Source of the DNA: an uncultured Lachnoclostridium sp.
GTDB taxonomy: Bacteria > Bacillota > Clostridia > Lachnospirales > Lachnospiraceae
Reading direction: 5' to 3'
Length of the DNA: 64,000 bases
Assembly (NCBI GenBank): GCA_964602445.1
Contig: CAZRQV010000004.1
Span: forward strand, 67,866 to 131,865
Part shown: positions 37,966-47,726 of the stretch, piece after piece
Numbering within the stretch: position 1 is the stretch's first letter
How the letters are laid out: every line of letters starts with the position of its first letter
Translations under genes and position numbers: made by a program
The notes under the pieces: generated by a model
Told to the model about the DNA's origin: nothing
The model's database searches: none
The model's input: the letters and a program-made list of their open reading frames with translations, nothing else

Positions 37966-39312
37966 ATGAACAGAAATACCCAAGACTTTACCCAGGGAAA
38001 TCTCTGGAAACAAATTTTTAAATTCAGTCTGCCTTTGATCTTTTCCAATCTTTTACAGGTACTTTTCAATATGGCAGATGTGGCTGTTGTAGGACAGTTT
38101 GCCGGTGCCAATGCACTGGGATCTGTCGGCTCTACTTCCATCTTAGTCGTTTTATTTACAACAACGCTGATCGGAATTGCCGGCGGAATGAACGTACTGG
38201 TTGCGCAGGCGATCGGTTCCAAAAAGGAAAATGACATTAAAGAGATCGTACACAATTCTGCTTTCTTAAGTATCATCCTCGGAATTCTGATGATGGTTCT
38301 TGGCATTTGCTCCAGCCGTACGATCCTGGAACTTTTAAATACCAAACCGGAGCTTTTGGACGGTGCTTTGACTTACGTACGCATTTACTTTTTAGGGATT
38401 CCTGCCCTGATGCTCTATAATTTCGGTAACGCAGTATTAAGTGCCGCCGGAGACACCAAGCGGCCACTGAAATATCTTGCGATTTCCGGCGTGATCAACC
38501 TGATCCTGAATCTCCTTCTTGTAATCGTTTTTCATCTGGATGTAGCCGGAGTTGCCATTGCCAGCATCGCTTCCCAGTATATTTCCTGCATCCTTGTACT
38601 GCGTGCATTGATCAAAAGTCAGGAGGCTTTTGCGCTTCGTTTTCATTACCTGAAACCGAAAATGAGCCGGATCCGTTCGATTCTGGCATTGGGACTTCCC
38701 GGCGGCGCACAAAACGCACTTTTTCAGGTTGCCAACCTGTTTGTGCAGCGATCGGTAAACCGTTTCAATGCAACTATGGTTTCCGGAAATTCTGCTGCAG
38801 CCAACGCAGACAATCTGGTTTACGAAACCTTAGCCGCACTGTATACTGCCTGTGCCTGTTTTATCGGACAGAACTATGGTGCCGGAAAAAAAGACAGGAT
38901 CTTGAAAAGCTATTTTATCAGTCTGGCCTACTCCTTCGGAATCGGAGCTGTCATCGGAATTTTACTCTTAGTTTTTGGGGAAGAATTTCTCAGTCTTTTT
39001 ACCAGCGATGCCGATGTGATCAAAGCCGGAATGTACCGTCTGACCGTCATGGGATGCTCTTATCCGTTTTCTGTATTTATGGATAATACCATTGCCGCTT
39101 CCAGAGGTCTTGGAAAAAGCGTGGTTCCTACCATCATTGTCATCATGGGATCCTGCGTGTTCCGACTGGTATGGATCTACACTATTTTTGAATATTTTGA
39201 AACGATCACCTCATTATATTTACTGTACATCTTTTCCTGGAGCATCACTGCCGTCGTCGAGATCATTTATTTTGCAAAGATCTACAAACAGCAGATCCAA
39301 CTGATCTCCTAA
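37966..39312 (+). CDS. MATE-family efflux transporter
   Basis: 12-TM protein of 448 aa. The N-terminus GNLWKQIFKFSLPLIFSNLLQVLFNMADVAVVG is typical of MATE/NorM. Confidence 0.85.
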   Translation: MNRNTQDFTQGNLWKQIFKFSLPLIFSNLLQVLFNMADVAVVGQFAGANALGSVGSTSILVVLFTTTLIGIAGGMNVLVAQAIGSKKENDIKEIVHNSAFLSIILGILMMVLGICSSRTILELLNTKPELLDGALTYVRIYFLGIPALMLYNFGNAVLSAAGDTKRPLKYLAISGVINLILNLLLVIVFHLDVAGVAIASIASQYISCILVLRALIKSQEAFALRFHYLKPKMSRIRSILALGLPGGAQNALFQVANLFVQRSVNRFNATMVSGNSAAANADNLVYETLAALYTACACFIGQNYGAGKKDRILKSYFISLAYSFGIGAVIGILLLVFGEEFLSLFTSDADVIKAGMYRLTVMGCSYPFSVFMDNTIAASRGLGKSVVPTIIVIMGSCVFRLVWIYTIFEYFETITSLYLLYIFSWSITAVVEIIYFAKIYKQQIQLIS

Positions 39313-39392
39313 ATTTTCGTGGTTGAAATTCGCAATCCGAGGCATTATTATTAAAAGACACCAAATTATAAAAATAAAAGGAAGATAAGAAT

Positions 39393-40691
39393 ATGAACAC
39401 ATTACCAATTGAAGTACAGCAGCTTTTTGACTATTTAAATGCAGGAACTTCTGCATTTCACGTCATTGAACATTCCAGAGCAGTCTTAACAGCCGCTGGT
39501 TTTGAAGAAGTTACTTTAAAAGAATCGTGGAACCTTTCCAAAGGCGGCCGCTATTTCTGTGTACCATTCGGTACAACCCTTTATGCTTTTACGTTAGGAG
39601 AACACTGTGATCTTTCCAACGGCATCCACATCGGCGGCGCCCACACAGATTTCCCTACTTTAAAAGTGAAACCAAATCCGGAAATCGTTTCTCACGGCTA
39701 TGTTCAGCTGAACACTGAAGTATACGGCGGTCCGATCTTAAACACATTTTTTGACAGACCATTGTCTTTATCCGGAAAAGTCGTTACCCGCGGAGAACGT
39801 TATGATCAGCCAAAGGTTCATCTGATCGATTTTAAACGACCGGTTCTCTATTTACCAAATCTGGCAATCCATATGAGCCGTGATGTCAATGAAAAAGGCG
39901 CACCGATTGACAATCAGAGACACCTCCTTCCAATGCTTGGAATGATCAACGATACTTTGAACAATGATACGAAATTTGTAGATCTGTTAGCTGCAGAGCT
40001 GCAGGTAGACAGCCATGATATTTTAGACTATGATCTGTGCATTTACCCGACAGAGAGTCCAAAACTGGTAGGAATCACAGAAGAATTTATCTCAGCACCG
40101 CGTCTGGATGACATTACTTCTGTTTCCGCTTTGATCCACGGACTGATCGAAAGCCATAACGATGACCGCGTCAACCTTGTCTGCTTATTTGACAACGAAG
40201 AAGTGGGAAGTTTGAGCAAACAGGGCGCAGATTCTTCTCTGGCTTCCGTGATCATCGGCAAGATCTGGCAGGCATTCGGCAAAAACATGGTAGACTGCAT
40301 GGCAGACATTTCTGACGGTCTGATGATCTCCGTCGATGTTGCACACGCTTATCATCCAAACTATCCGGCACCACAGGATATTACCAACTATCCGGTTCTG
40401 AACGGCGGATTTATCTTAAAAACAGCAAGCAATCAGTCATATGCATGGGATCCTGAGATTTTAGGCGCACTGATCGATCTGTGCGACCGAAAAGAAATTC
40501 CGGTTCAGAGATTTGTAAAACAGTCTAACACCCGCGGCGGCGGTACCATCGCTTCTGTCATCTCTTCTCATCTTCCAATGAGAACAGCGGATCTTGGGGT
40601 TGGACTTCTGGCAATGCATTCTGCCTGTGAAATGATGGGACTCAAAGATCAGGTTGCTCTGACACAGTTTGCAAAAGCATTCTTTGAATAA
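39393..40691 (+). CDS. M18-family aminopeptidase
   Basis: GGAHTDFPTLKVKP, FDNEEVGS and HSACE motifs of aspartyl/M18 aminopeptidases. 432 aa. Confidence 0.85.
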   Translation: MNTLPIEVQQLFDYLNAGTSAFHVIEHSRAVLTAAGFEEVTLKESWNLSKGGRYFCVPFGTTLYAFTLGEHCDLSNGIHIGGAHTDFPTLKVKPNPEIVSHGYVQLNTEVYGGPILNTFFDRPLSLSGKVVTRGERYDQPKVHLIDFKRPVLYLPNLAIHMSRDVNEKGAPIDNQRHLLPMLGMINDTLNNDTKFVDLLAAELQVDSHDILDYDLCIYPTESPKLVGITEEFISAPRLDDITSVSALIHGLIESHNDDRVNLVCLFDNEEVGSLSKQGADSSLASVIIGKIWQAFGKNMVDCMADISDGLMISVDVAHAYHPNYPAPQDITNYPVLNGGFILKTASNQSYAWDPEILGALIDLCDRKEIPVQRFVKQSNTRGGGTIASVISSHLPMRTADLGVGLLAMHSACEMMGLKDQVALTQFAKAFFE

Positions 40692-40717
40692 GAGATTTGT
40701 CACAAAACATTTCCATA

Positions 40718-40756
40718 GAAAAAAGAGATCAGGAACTCTCCCGATCTCTTTTTTAT
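40718..40756. terminator. bidirectional terminator between the M18 peptidase gene and upp
   Basis: AAAAAAGAGATCaGG-aactct-CCcGATCTCTTTTTT. Confidence 0.75.
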
Positions 40757-40769
40757 TTACTTTCTAAAA

Positions 40770-41399
40770 TTATCTGGTACCGAAAATACGGTCTCCGGCA
40801 TCACCAAGACCCGGGCAGATGTATGCATGGTCATTTAATTCACGATCTAAATGTCCAAGATAAACCTGTACGTCCGGATGTGCTTCATGGAATTTTTCTA
40901 ATCCTTCCGGAGCTGCGATGATGAACATACATTTGATGTTCTTTCCGCCATGCTGTTTGATAAAATCTACTGCTGCGATTGCAGAACCGCCTGTTGCCAG
41001 CATTGGATCTGTTACAACGATGAGACGCTGATCGATCGGATCTGGAAGTTTGCAGTAATATTCGTGTGGTTCATGTGTTTCAGGATCTCTGTAAAGACCA
41101 ATGTGACCGATCTTTGCAGATGGTACCAGAGTAGTGATACCGTTTACCATACCAAGTCCTGCACGAAGGATTGGAACAACTGCAAGTTTCTTTCCAGCGA
41201 TCATTGGGCTCATGCAGGTTTCCAGCGGAGTTTCCACTTCTACGTCTTCTACCGGAAGATCTCTTAATGCTTCATAACCCATAAGGATAGAAATCTCTTC
41301 GATCAGTTTTCTGAATTCATTGGTTCCTGTTGCTTTGTTTCTAAGCATAGAAATTTTATGCTGGATCAATGGGTGATCCATAATAAATACATTTTCCAT
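40770..41399 (-). CDS. upp: uracil phosphoribosyltransferase
   Basis: DHPLIQHK N-terminus and PRPP-binding loop [20 protein letters not shown] 5 nt before the ATG at 41399 gives the canonical 209 aa. Confidence 0.92.
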   Translation of the reverse strand: MENVFIMDHPLIQHKISMLRNKATGTNEFRKLIEEISILMGYEALRDLPVEDVEVETPLETCMSPMIAGKKLAVVPILRAGLGMVNGITTLVPSAKIGHIGLYRDPETHEPHEYYCKLPDPIDQRLIVVTDPMLATGGSAIAAVDFIKQHGGKNIKCMFIIAAPEGLEKFHEAHPDVQVYLGHLDRELNDHAYICPGLGDAGDRIFGTR

Positions 41400-41495
41400 A
41401 TTTTCCTCCAACGATGTATAAATGATTTCATTTGTTTTCTGTAGCGATTATACCCCATTTTTCTTTTATTGACAACAGCCTTTTACAAAGGTTTC

Positions 41496-43697
41496 TTAAG
41501 ATTCTATAAGGTTCCATAAGATCCAGGAAGCCGGCGCATTCTTTTCTAATTCTTCGGTTCCATACTGCGTTGCCAGATTCTTCGTATTTTCTAAAAACGT
41601 ATCAAACCAGTCCTGACCGGTCTCGTACAGTACATCGTGATGCGGAATTCCCCAGCCGTCCATAATGTCCATACAAAGCTGTTCCATTACTGTTCCTCGC
41701 AGATCGGTCTGACCGCCTTTTAAAAACTCGGTAAAGCAATAGCGAAGCGTATATTCTTCATAGCTCAATAATTCTTTATATTCCTGCAGATGTGCCTGAA
41801 TCCGCTCCTCTGCAGAGGATACTTCTTTTGGCGAACTGCACACGGTTTCTAACAGTGTTTCAATCCCGTCTTTCAGACTGCCTCTAATCTCAAAGCACGC
41901 CATGGCTTTATCATAAGATTCCGCCTGCAGTTGTGCTAAATAGATCTGCTCATTCAAAGCATTTTCTGCCGATACTCCCGGAAATTTTTCCCGGACATCT
42001 TCTGTATAATAGCCTCCATCTCTCGGTTCCCAATAGTCCTTCAACAAATATTCACCCGATTCACTGATAGAAAATGTAATGGCCGTAGGAACGCAGCTTT
42101 CACCGACTACCTGAATCACTTCCGAATCATACATCTCATAAGTTCGCATCAACACCAGAAGATACACCGTTTCTTCTTCTGCCGTATCCCGATCTGCACC
42201 GTTCCTGATTTCATTTGCCAGCATCACATGGCTCTCAATCCGAATGGTACCTTCTTTCGCATTCTGTTTCTCATTTTCCAAAATCGCAGCAGAGATCACT
42301 TCTTCCAATTTTCTCCAATCCGTCTGTATCTTCGAGTCATCTCCGATATAATCTGTTCTGTATGGTTCTAAAGATTTTGCTGCTGAATCCGCAATGCGGA
42401 CTTCCACATTTTCCACATGAACAAAAACAACCCGATCGTTCTCTGTAGGATTCTGCACATTGACACCGATCTGAAACCATCTTCCCTTCTCTGCCTTCAT
42501 TTTTACCGGCATCCCATGGGTAAGATATACAGGGGTATCGTAGGCATTTTCTTCTTTTGCTTCCACCGGTTTCAAAGACACTTCCGTATCTCCAAGACCT
42601 TCTCCCGCGGAAAGGAAAATTTCATTTTTCCACGGTGAAATCTCTTCTTCCGAATATACGATTTTTTCCTGACTTCCTGCCGGTATGACAATTTTGATAT
42701 CATAAGCCCCTTTTTTCGGATTGGTCAAAAAACAAACTGCTACGATCACAACAGTCAGCACTGCTGCAATCATTGCCCACCAGGCAGGCTTTTTATAATT
42801 CATCACTGCTTTTACCCTTTCTTTCACTCGAATTTCTCCGAACGCCAGCGGTCCGGCTGCAATCCTTTCTCCAGGAACGCTGCAGTTTAAAAGTACCTGA
42901 GAATAATCCGCTTTTTGTCCTTGATCCAGATGACGGATCACTTTTTCATCACAGGCAAGCTCCAGATCCCGACAGAACAGTACATATGCCAGCCATAACA
43001 AGGGATGAAACCAATACACCGACAGCAGAAGAAATCCCAACGGTTTCCACCAATGATCCTTTCTTTGGATATGAGACTTTTCATGAGCAATGATATAGTC
43101 CAATGCTTCTTCCTGCACATCAAAAGGCACATAAATCTTCGGATGACAGATTCCGGATACAAAAGGAGAATTTACCTGCTCACTTTGAAACACACATCCC
43201 TGATACCGCACTGCTGCTGCAACTTTTCGATGCAGCTTCATCCCAGTCCAACCGCTGTACAAAAACAGGCACAGCATCCCCAGAATCCATACCCGCGCAC
43301 AAACAGGAAGGAGGGTTGTCTCTATAGTGGACGGCTCCTCTAACCGGTCTGCTTTGGTTACCACATAAAACCCATTCTCACCGGAAGAAATCGGTTTTCT
43401 GCCCTCTGCAACTGCCGCATCATAAATCTGCGACGAATCATGATGTATTTGTACCTGTCCTACATAATCATCTTTCCACGCTTCGATCACAGCACCGCTG
43501 CCCAGTGATTCCGGCATTAAAGAAAAAGAGCTTTCCAAAGAAAACGGGCAGATCAGCCGCAGTCCGACGATTCCCCACAATACCACACGGAACCATTTCG
43601 GTGCTTTCGGAAAAAGACCTCTTAACAGCAGCACCACCAGAACGATCCAGCCTGCCGACAGACTCCTGCTTAAAATTTTCGTAAAAAGTACGGTCAT
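41496..43697 (-). CDS. BlaR1/MecR1-like M56 peptidase signal transducer with a non-PBP C-terminal domain
   Basis: N-terminal TM segments plus the HEKSH zinc-peptidase motif. About 400 aa of extracytoplasmic C-terminus lacks recognisable SxxK/SxN/KTG transpeptidase motifs. The start overlaps the blaI-like stop (ATGA). Confidence 0.75.
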   Translation of the reverse strand: MTVLFTKILSRSLSAGWIVLVVLLLRGLFPKAPKWFRVVLWGIVGLRLICPFSLESSFSLMPESLGSGAVIEAWKDDYVGQVQIHHDSSQIYDAAVAEGRKPISSGENGFYVVTKADRLEEPSTIETTLLPVCARVWILGMLCLFLYSGWTGMKLHRKVAAAVRYQGCVFQSEQVNSPFVSGICHPKIYVPFDVQEEALDYIIAHEKSHIQRKDHWWKPLGFLLLSVYWFHPLLWLAYVLFCRDLELACDEKVIRHLDQGQKADYSQVLLNCSVPGERIAAGPLAFGEIRVKERVKAVMNYKKPAWWAMIAAVLTVVIVAVCFLTNPKKGAYDIKIVIPAGSQEKIVYSEEEISPWKNEIFLSAGEGLGDTEVSLKPVEAKEENAYDTPVYLTHGMPVKMKAEKGRWFQIGVNVQNPTENDRVVFVHVENVEVRIADSAAKSLEPYRTDYIGDDSKIQTDWRKLEEVISAAILENEKQNAKEGTIRIESHVMLANEIRNGADRDTAEEETVYLLVLMRTYEMYDSEVIQVVGESCVPTAITFSISESGEYLLKDYWEPRDGGYYTEDVREKFPGVSAENALNEQIYLAQLQAESYDKAMACFEIRGSLKDGIETLLETVCSSPKEVSSAEERIQAHLQEYKELLSYEEYTLRYCFTEFLKGGQTDLRGTVMEQLCMDIMDGWGIPHHDVLYETGQDWFDTFLENTKNLATQYGTEELEKNAPASWILWNLIES

Positions 43698-44059
43698 GAT
43701 CCGCCTCCTTTCCTGATTCGATCGATCATCTGCTGCACTTCATCCAGCTCCTTTTCTGACATTTTCTGATGTTTGGTAAAAGCTGCAATAAACGCAGGCA
43801 AAGAACCTTCAAACTTCTTTTCCACCAGTTCTTCAATCTCACTTACCTGTGCTTCCTCTTTAGAAATAAGGGATGTGATCATTCCCTGATCATTTTTCAG
43901 AACCTCTCGTTCTCCAAGACGCTTGATCACGGTATAAGTGGTTGTCCGCTTCCAGCCAAGCTGCTCCTGACACAACTTTACCAACTGTACGGTAGTTACC
44001 GGCTCCTGTTCCCATAAGATCAGGCAGAATCTGTATTCACTCTCAAAAATCTTTGGCAT
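43694..44059 (-). CDS. BlaI/MecI/CopY-family transcriptional repressor
   Basis: Winged-helix N-terminus (EYRFCLILWEQEPVTTVQLVKLC...WKRTTTYTVIKRL) plus a C-terminal dimerisation helix. AGGAGG RBS before the ATG at 44059. Confidence 0.8.
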   Translation of the reverse strand: MPKIFESEYRFCLILWEQEPVTTVQLVKLCQEQLGWKRTTTYTVIKRLGEREVLKNDQGMITSLISKEEAQVSEIEELVEKKFEGSLPAFIAAFTKHQKMSEKELDEVQQMIDRIRKGGGS

Positions 44060-44079
44060 TCTCATTCCTCCTTTCACCT

Positions 44080-44125
44080 GTCTAACTTATTAGACTTTTA
44101 TATTTTTAGTCTACTACGTTAGACT
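44080..44125. promoter_or_regulatory. two GTCTA-N6-TAGAC dyads (candidate BlaI-like operators)
   Basis: GTCTAACTTATTAGAC (44080-44095) and AGTCTACTACGTTAGACT (44108-44125), centres 29 bp apart. Both lie directly upstream of the repressor gene, next to the palindrome GTTGACGTCAAC (44126-44137), which contains a TTGACG -35-like hexamer. Confidence 0.5.
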
Positions 44126-44164
44126 GTTGACGTCAACGAAAGAATTTCTTAAGAACCGCTCTCA

Positions 44165-44202
44165 ACAAAAAAACAACCGACCCTCGTAAAAGGAATCGGC
44201 TG
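44165..44202 (-). terminator. intrinsic terminator after the 139-aa membrane protein gene
   Basis: On the minus strand: CAGCCGAUUC-loop-GGGUCGGUUG (10 bp including G-U pairs) followed by UUUUUUUG. Confidence 0.6.
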
Positions 44203-44216
44203 ATTTTTATAAAAAC

Positions 44217-44636
44217 TTATGAACTACGAATACGTTCCACTTTTTCATAGATGACATAGATGAAATAAACAATCACCATCGCTATGGATGCAGCTAACCC
44301 TATATAAAATTCTGGAAATGCCCACCGGATGCTGTTCTGTAAGTTTATTTCACCTGTAATCGTCATGATGTGCCATGTAAAAAACTTGTATACTTCGGAA
44401 AACACGATACCAATGGTTCCTAAGGCTCCTAAAAACGTTCCAATCATCCGTTTTCTGAAAGGAACCCATACACCGATTACAAATAAAACAACCGATACAA
44501 TCCCTATCGGATTCCATAAATTGATCAAACCTGTGATTTCCTGAACCCCTTTCTTACCGCCATACTGATTCAAAAGCATGGGCAATAAACTAACTATAAA
44601 CAATGCCGTTACTGTCATTTTCTTTTTCATTCCCAC
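44217..44636 (-). CDS. small integral membrane protein (4 TM), function unknown
   Basis: Hydrophobic ORF of 139 aa with its own terminator. No family recognised. Confidence 0.5.
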   Translation of the reverse strand: MGMKKKMTVTALFIVSLLPMLLNQYGGKKGVQEITGLINLWNPIGIVSVVLFVIGVWVPFRKRMIGTFLGALGTIGIVFSEVYKFFTWHIMTITGEINLQNSIRWAFPEFYIGLAASIAMVIVYFIYVIYEKVERIRSS

Positions 44637-44742
44637 GCAGCTCCTTTCTAAAACGGTTCGTTATTACTTGTATTTTAGCATGTGGAACAATCCATGGGAA
44701 TGCACTTTAGAAAAACTTAAAAATATATTAAAATAAAGTTTC

Positions 44743-46086
44743 TTATTTATCTTTTTGCATCAATACCGAAAATGCGATCAAACAAATGAATACAGAAATG
44801 ACTGATCCTGACGAAGTTGCAAGTCCCATTGGAAATAAACTGTCCGGAAACATTGTCGAAGTCAGATACACTCCCGGAATCCGCATCAGCATAATTGCAA
44901 TGATATTATGTAAAAAGGAAAGTTCTGATCTTCCGATGGCACAGAAATATCCGCTGAAACAGAAATGGATTCCTGCGAAAATACAGTCCCATACATATCC
45001 GCGTAAATACTGACCGCCCAATCTGACTACTTCCATTCCTTCCGCCGTCGCTGTATCTGTAAACAGTCCCACTACCGGTTCTGCCACAAACTGCATCGTC
45101 ACTGCCACAACACAGCCAAATCCAACCGCAAGGATCACCGCATAACGGAGCGTTTCAATCGCACGTTTCGGTTTTCCGGCTCCGATATTCTGTGCTCCAA
45201 GTGCAGATACGGTAGAAAGCAGGGAAGAAGGCACAAGAAACAGGAAACTGATCACTTTTTCCACAATACCTACTGCGGCCGAATCATTTAATCCACGATG
45301 ATTGGCAATGATGGTGATAATGATAAATGCGATCTGGATCAATCCATCCTGAAGTGCTACCGGAACACCAATCTTTAAAATACTGCCCATTGCTGTACGG
45401 TTCGGTTGAAAATCCCTTTTTGACAAATGAATCCCGGTATTTTTCTTTAAAATCATTCCCAAAGACACTGCGACACTGATTGCCTGTGACAATGTGGTTC
45501 CCAGCGCTGCCCCTGCCGGACCCAGATGAAAGATTCCCATAAAAATATAATCTAATATGATATTGGCAGCACATGCAATGGCGATAAAATACATGGGACT
45601 TTTCGAATCTCCCATTCCACGAAATATTGCACTGAGCACATTATAAGCAGTAATAAACGGAATTCCGATAAAGCAGATGGTCAGATACGCTTTTGTCCCT
45701 GCAACTGCATCTGCTGGCGTAGACATCACTGCCGTGATCGGATCTACAAACAATACTAACAGCAATGCCAATACTGCCGCCACTGCCATAAAAATCGTTA
45801 CTGTATTCCCAATTCCGATGGCAGCCTTCTTTTGATCTTCTGCGCCGATAGACTGACCGATAAATACGGTCGCCCCCATGGCAAGTCCCACGATCATCAC
45901 TGTCAGCATATGCATGACCTGAGAACCGATGGAAACGGCTGTGGTCTGTGCAACGGTACCAAATTGTCCGATAATATAAAGGTCTGCCATTCCATAAAGC
46001 GTCTGAAGTAAATACGAGAACAAATACGGCAACGAAAAGATCAGGATATTTTTCCATACACTGCCGCTGGTTAAATTTTTTTCCAT
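44743..46086 (-). CDS. MATE-family efflux transporter
   Basis: 12-TM protein of 447 aa. The N-terminus GSVWKNILIFSLPYLFSYLLQTLYGMADLYIIG resembles the MATE at 37966-39312, suggesting a paralog. Confidence 0.85.
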   Translation of the reverse strand: MEKNLTSGSVWKNILIFSLPYLFSYLLQTLYGMADLYIIGQFGTVAQTTAVSIGSQVMHMLTVMIVGLAMGATVFIGQSIGAEDQKKAAIGIGNTVTIFMAVAAVLALLLVLFVDPITAVMSTPADAVAGTKAYLTICFIGIPFITAYNVLSAIFRGMGDSKSPMYFIAIACAANIILDYIFMGIFHLGPAGAALGTTLSQAISVAVSLGMILKKNTGIHLSKRDFQPNRTAMGSILKIGVPVALQDGLIQIAFIIITIIANHRGLNDSAAVGIVEKVISFLFLVPSSLLSTVSALGAQNIGAGKPKRAIETLRYAVILAVGFGCVVAVTMQFVAEPVVGLFTDTATAEGMEVVRLGGQYLRGYVWDCIFAGIHFCFSGYFCAIGRSELSFLHNIIAIMLMRIPGVYLTSTMFPDSLFPMGLATSSGSVISVFICLIAFSVLMQKDK

Positions 46087-46157
46087 AACAAACTTCCTCC
46101 TCTGTCTATAAATAAAATAATAAACTCCATAATCAATGCAGAGTCAAGGATTTTTTC

Positions 46158-46197
46158 AATAAAAAAGGAATGTCAGTATTTTTACCCACATTCCTTT
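46158..46197 (-). terminator. intrinsic terminator after the RNA methyltransferase gene
   Basis: On the minus strand: AGGAAUGU-14 nt loop-ACAUUCCU followed by UUUUUAUUG. Confidence 0.6.
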
Positions 46198-46272
46198 TGA
46201 TCTTAATATATTCATTCACTCAATGCCGCACTGGTTTTTCATCTGGTATTCTCCGGCACCGATGCTGCCGAT

Positions 46273-47625
46273 TTAACATTTAGATAAAAGGCACACCGTC
46301 TCGACATTTCCTGTGTTCGGGAACATATCTACGCAGCAGCATTTTTCTACCTGATATCCACGCTCCTGTAATGTTACCAGATCTCTCGCTAACGAAGTCG
46401 GTTTACAGGAAATATAGATCATACGATCTACACCATAGTGAATGATCTTCTCCAATGCCTTCGGATGAATGCCGTCTCTTGGCGGATCCAGTACGATAAA
46501 GTCCGGTTTTTCTTCGATGGTGTCCAGAACTTTCAGCACATCACCGGCCAGAAACTCGCAGTTTTCCAGTCCGTTCAGTTTTGCATTTACTTTTGCTGCT
46601 TCTACAGCTTCCTCGATGATCTCCACACCTACTACTTTTTTCGATACGGCTGCCAGAATCTGTGCGATCGTACCGGTTCCGCTGTACAGGTCAAACACGA
46701 TCTGGTCTTTGGTACTGCCAATATATTCTCTTGCTTTGGAATAAAGTACCTCTGCTCCCAGAGAATTGGTCTGGAAGAAAGAGAACGGAGAAATTTTAAA
46801 CTTCAGTCCTAACAGTTCTTCATAAAAGAAATCCTGACCATATAAAATATCGGTACCGTCATTCTGCACCACATCTGCCAGACTGTCATTTTTCGTATGC
46901 AGGATTCCGGCAAATTTTCCCTGGATCGGAAGTGCCAAAAGCTTTTCCACCCATGGCTGCAGATCCACTTCCATCTGTGTACTGGTTACCAGATCCACTA
47001 AAATTTCCTGTGTTTTGACCGCTTTTCTGACCAGTAAGTGACGCAGATATCCTTCATGGCGCATTTTCTGGAAAAACGGAACTTCTGCTTCGCGGAAATG
47101 TTCCAGTGTGGCTGTCAGGATCAATCTGAAATCCTGATCTACAATCTGGCAGTTCTCCACTTCTACGATATCATAAAAACCGCCTCTCTTATGCATTCCC
47201 AGAGAGAGAGGACCTCCTTTATAAGCATCTCCAAAAGAGAATTCCATTTTATTGCGGTATTCTGTATGTACCGGACTTGGAATGATTCCTTCAAATGGAA
47301 TTTCCGGACAGACCGGTTCCAGTAAGGCACGTACCTGTGCTTCTTTCATTTTCAGCTGTTCTTCATAAGGCAGGGTCTGGAACTCACAGCCGCCGCAGAT
47401 GCCGTAATGCGGACATGGGGATTCCGTTTCTGCCGGAGATTTTTCTAAAATTTCCAACAGTCTTCCTTCACATTTTCCTTTTCTCTTTTTTGTGATCGAG
47501 AGACTGATCTTCTGTCCTGCCAAGGCATGCTTTACGATCACTTTTTCATCTTCAATAGTTAAAACACCTTTATTAGGGAAGGCTACATACTCTACCACGC
47601 CTTCACAAACCTGTCCTTTTTTCAT
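46273..47625 (-). CDS. 23S rRNA (uracil-C5)-methyltransferase, RlmD/RlmCD (TrmA) family
   Basis: TRAM-like N-terminus, Fe-S cysteine cluster CPHYGICGGC, SAM motif DLYSGTGT, DPPR, and a catalytic Cys near the C-terminus. Confidence 0.85.
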   Translation of the reverse strand: MKKGQVCEGVVEYVAFPNKGVLTIEDEKVIVKHALAGQKISLSITKKRKGKCEGRLLEILEKSPAETESPCPHYGICGGCEFQTLPYEEQLKMKEAQVRALLEPVCPEIPFEGIIPSPVHTEYRNKMEFSFGDAYKGGPLSLGMHKRGGFYDIVEVENCQIVDQDFRLILTATLEHFREAEVPFFQKMRHEGYLRHLLVRKAVKTQEILVDLVTSTQMEVDLQPWVEKLLALPIQGKFAGILHTKNDSLADVVQNDGTDILYGQDFFYEELLGLKFKISPFSFFQTNSLGAEVLYSKAREYIGSTKDQIVFDLYSGTGTIAQILAAVSKKVVGVEIIEEAVEAAKVNAKLNGLENCEFLAGDVLKVLDTIEEKPDFIVLDPPRDGIHPKALEKIIHYGVDRMIYISCKPTSLARDLVTLQERGYQVEKCCCVDMFPNTGNVETVCLLSKC

Positions 47626-47683
47626 CTTTTCTCTTATCCTTTTCCCCTGTTTTCAATCACCTTGTAAACTATGGTGTCCCATA

Positions 47684-47718
47684 GAACAAAACGAGCTGTC
47701 CTTTTTTGAGGACAGCCC
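47684..47718 (-). terminator. intrinsic terminator after the 90-aa acidic-tail protein gene
   Basis: On the minus strand: GCUGUCC-ucaaaaaa-GGACAGC followed by UCGUUUUGUUC. Confidence 0.6.
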
Positions 47719-47726
47719 CTGATTTT

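Noticed and set aside
41496-42500. Considered the BlaR1-like C-terminal domain as a penicillin-binding/transpeptidase sensor.
   Set aside because: No STxK/SxN/KTG motif set. The only SxxK (SQEK) is isolated and in the wrong context.
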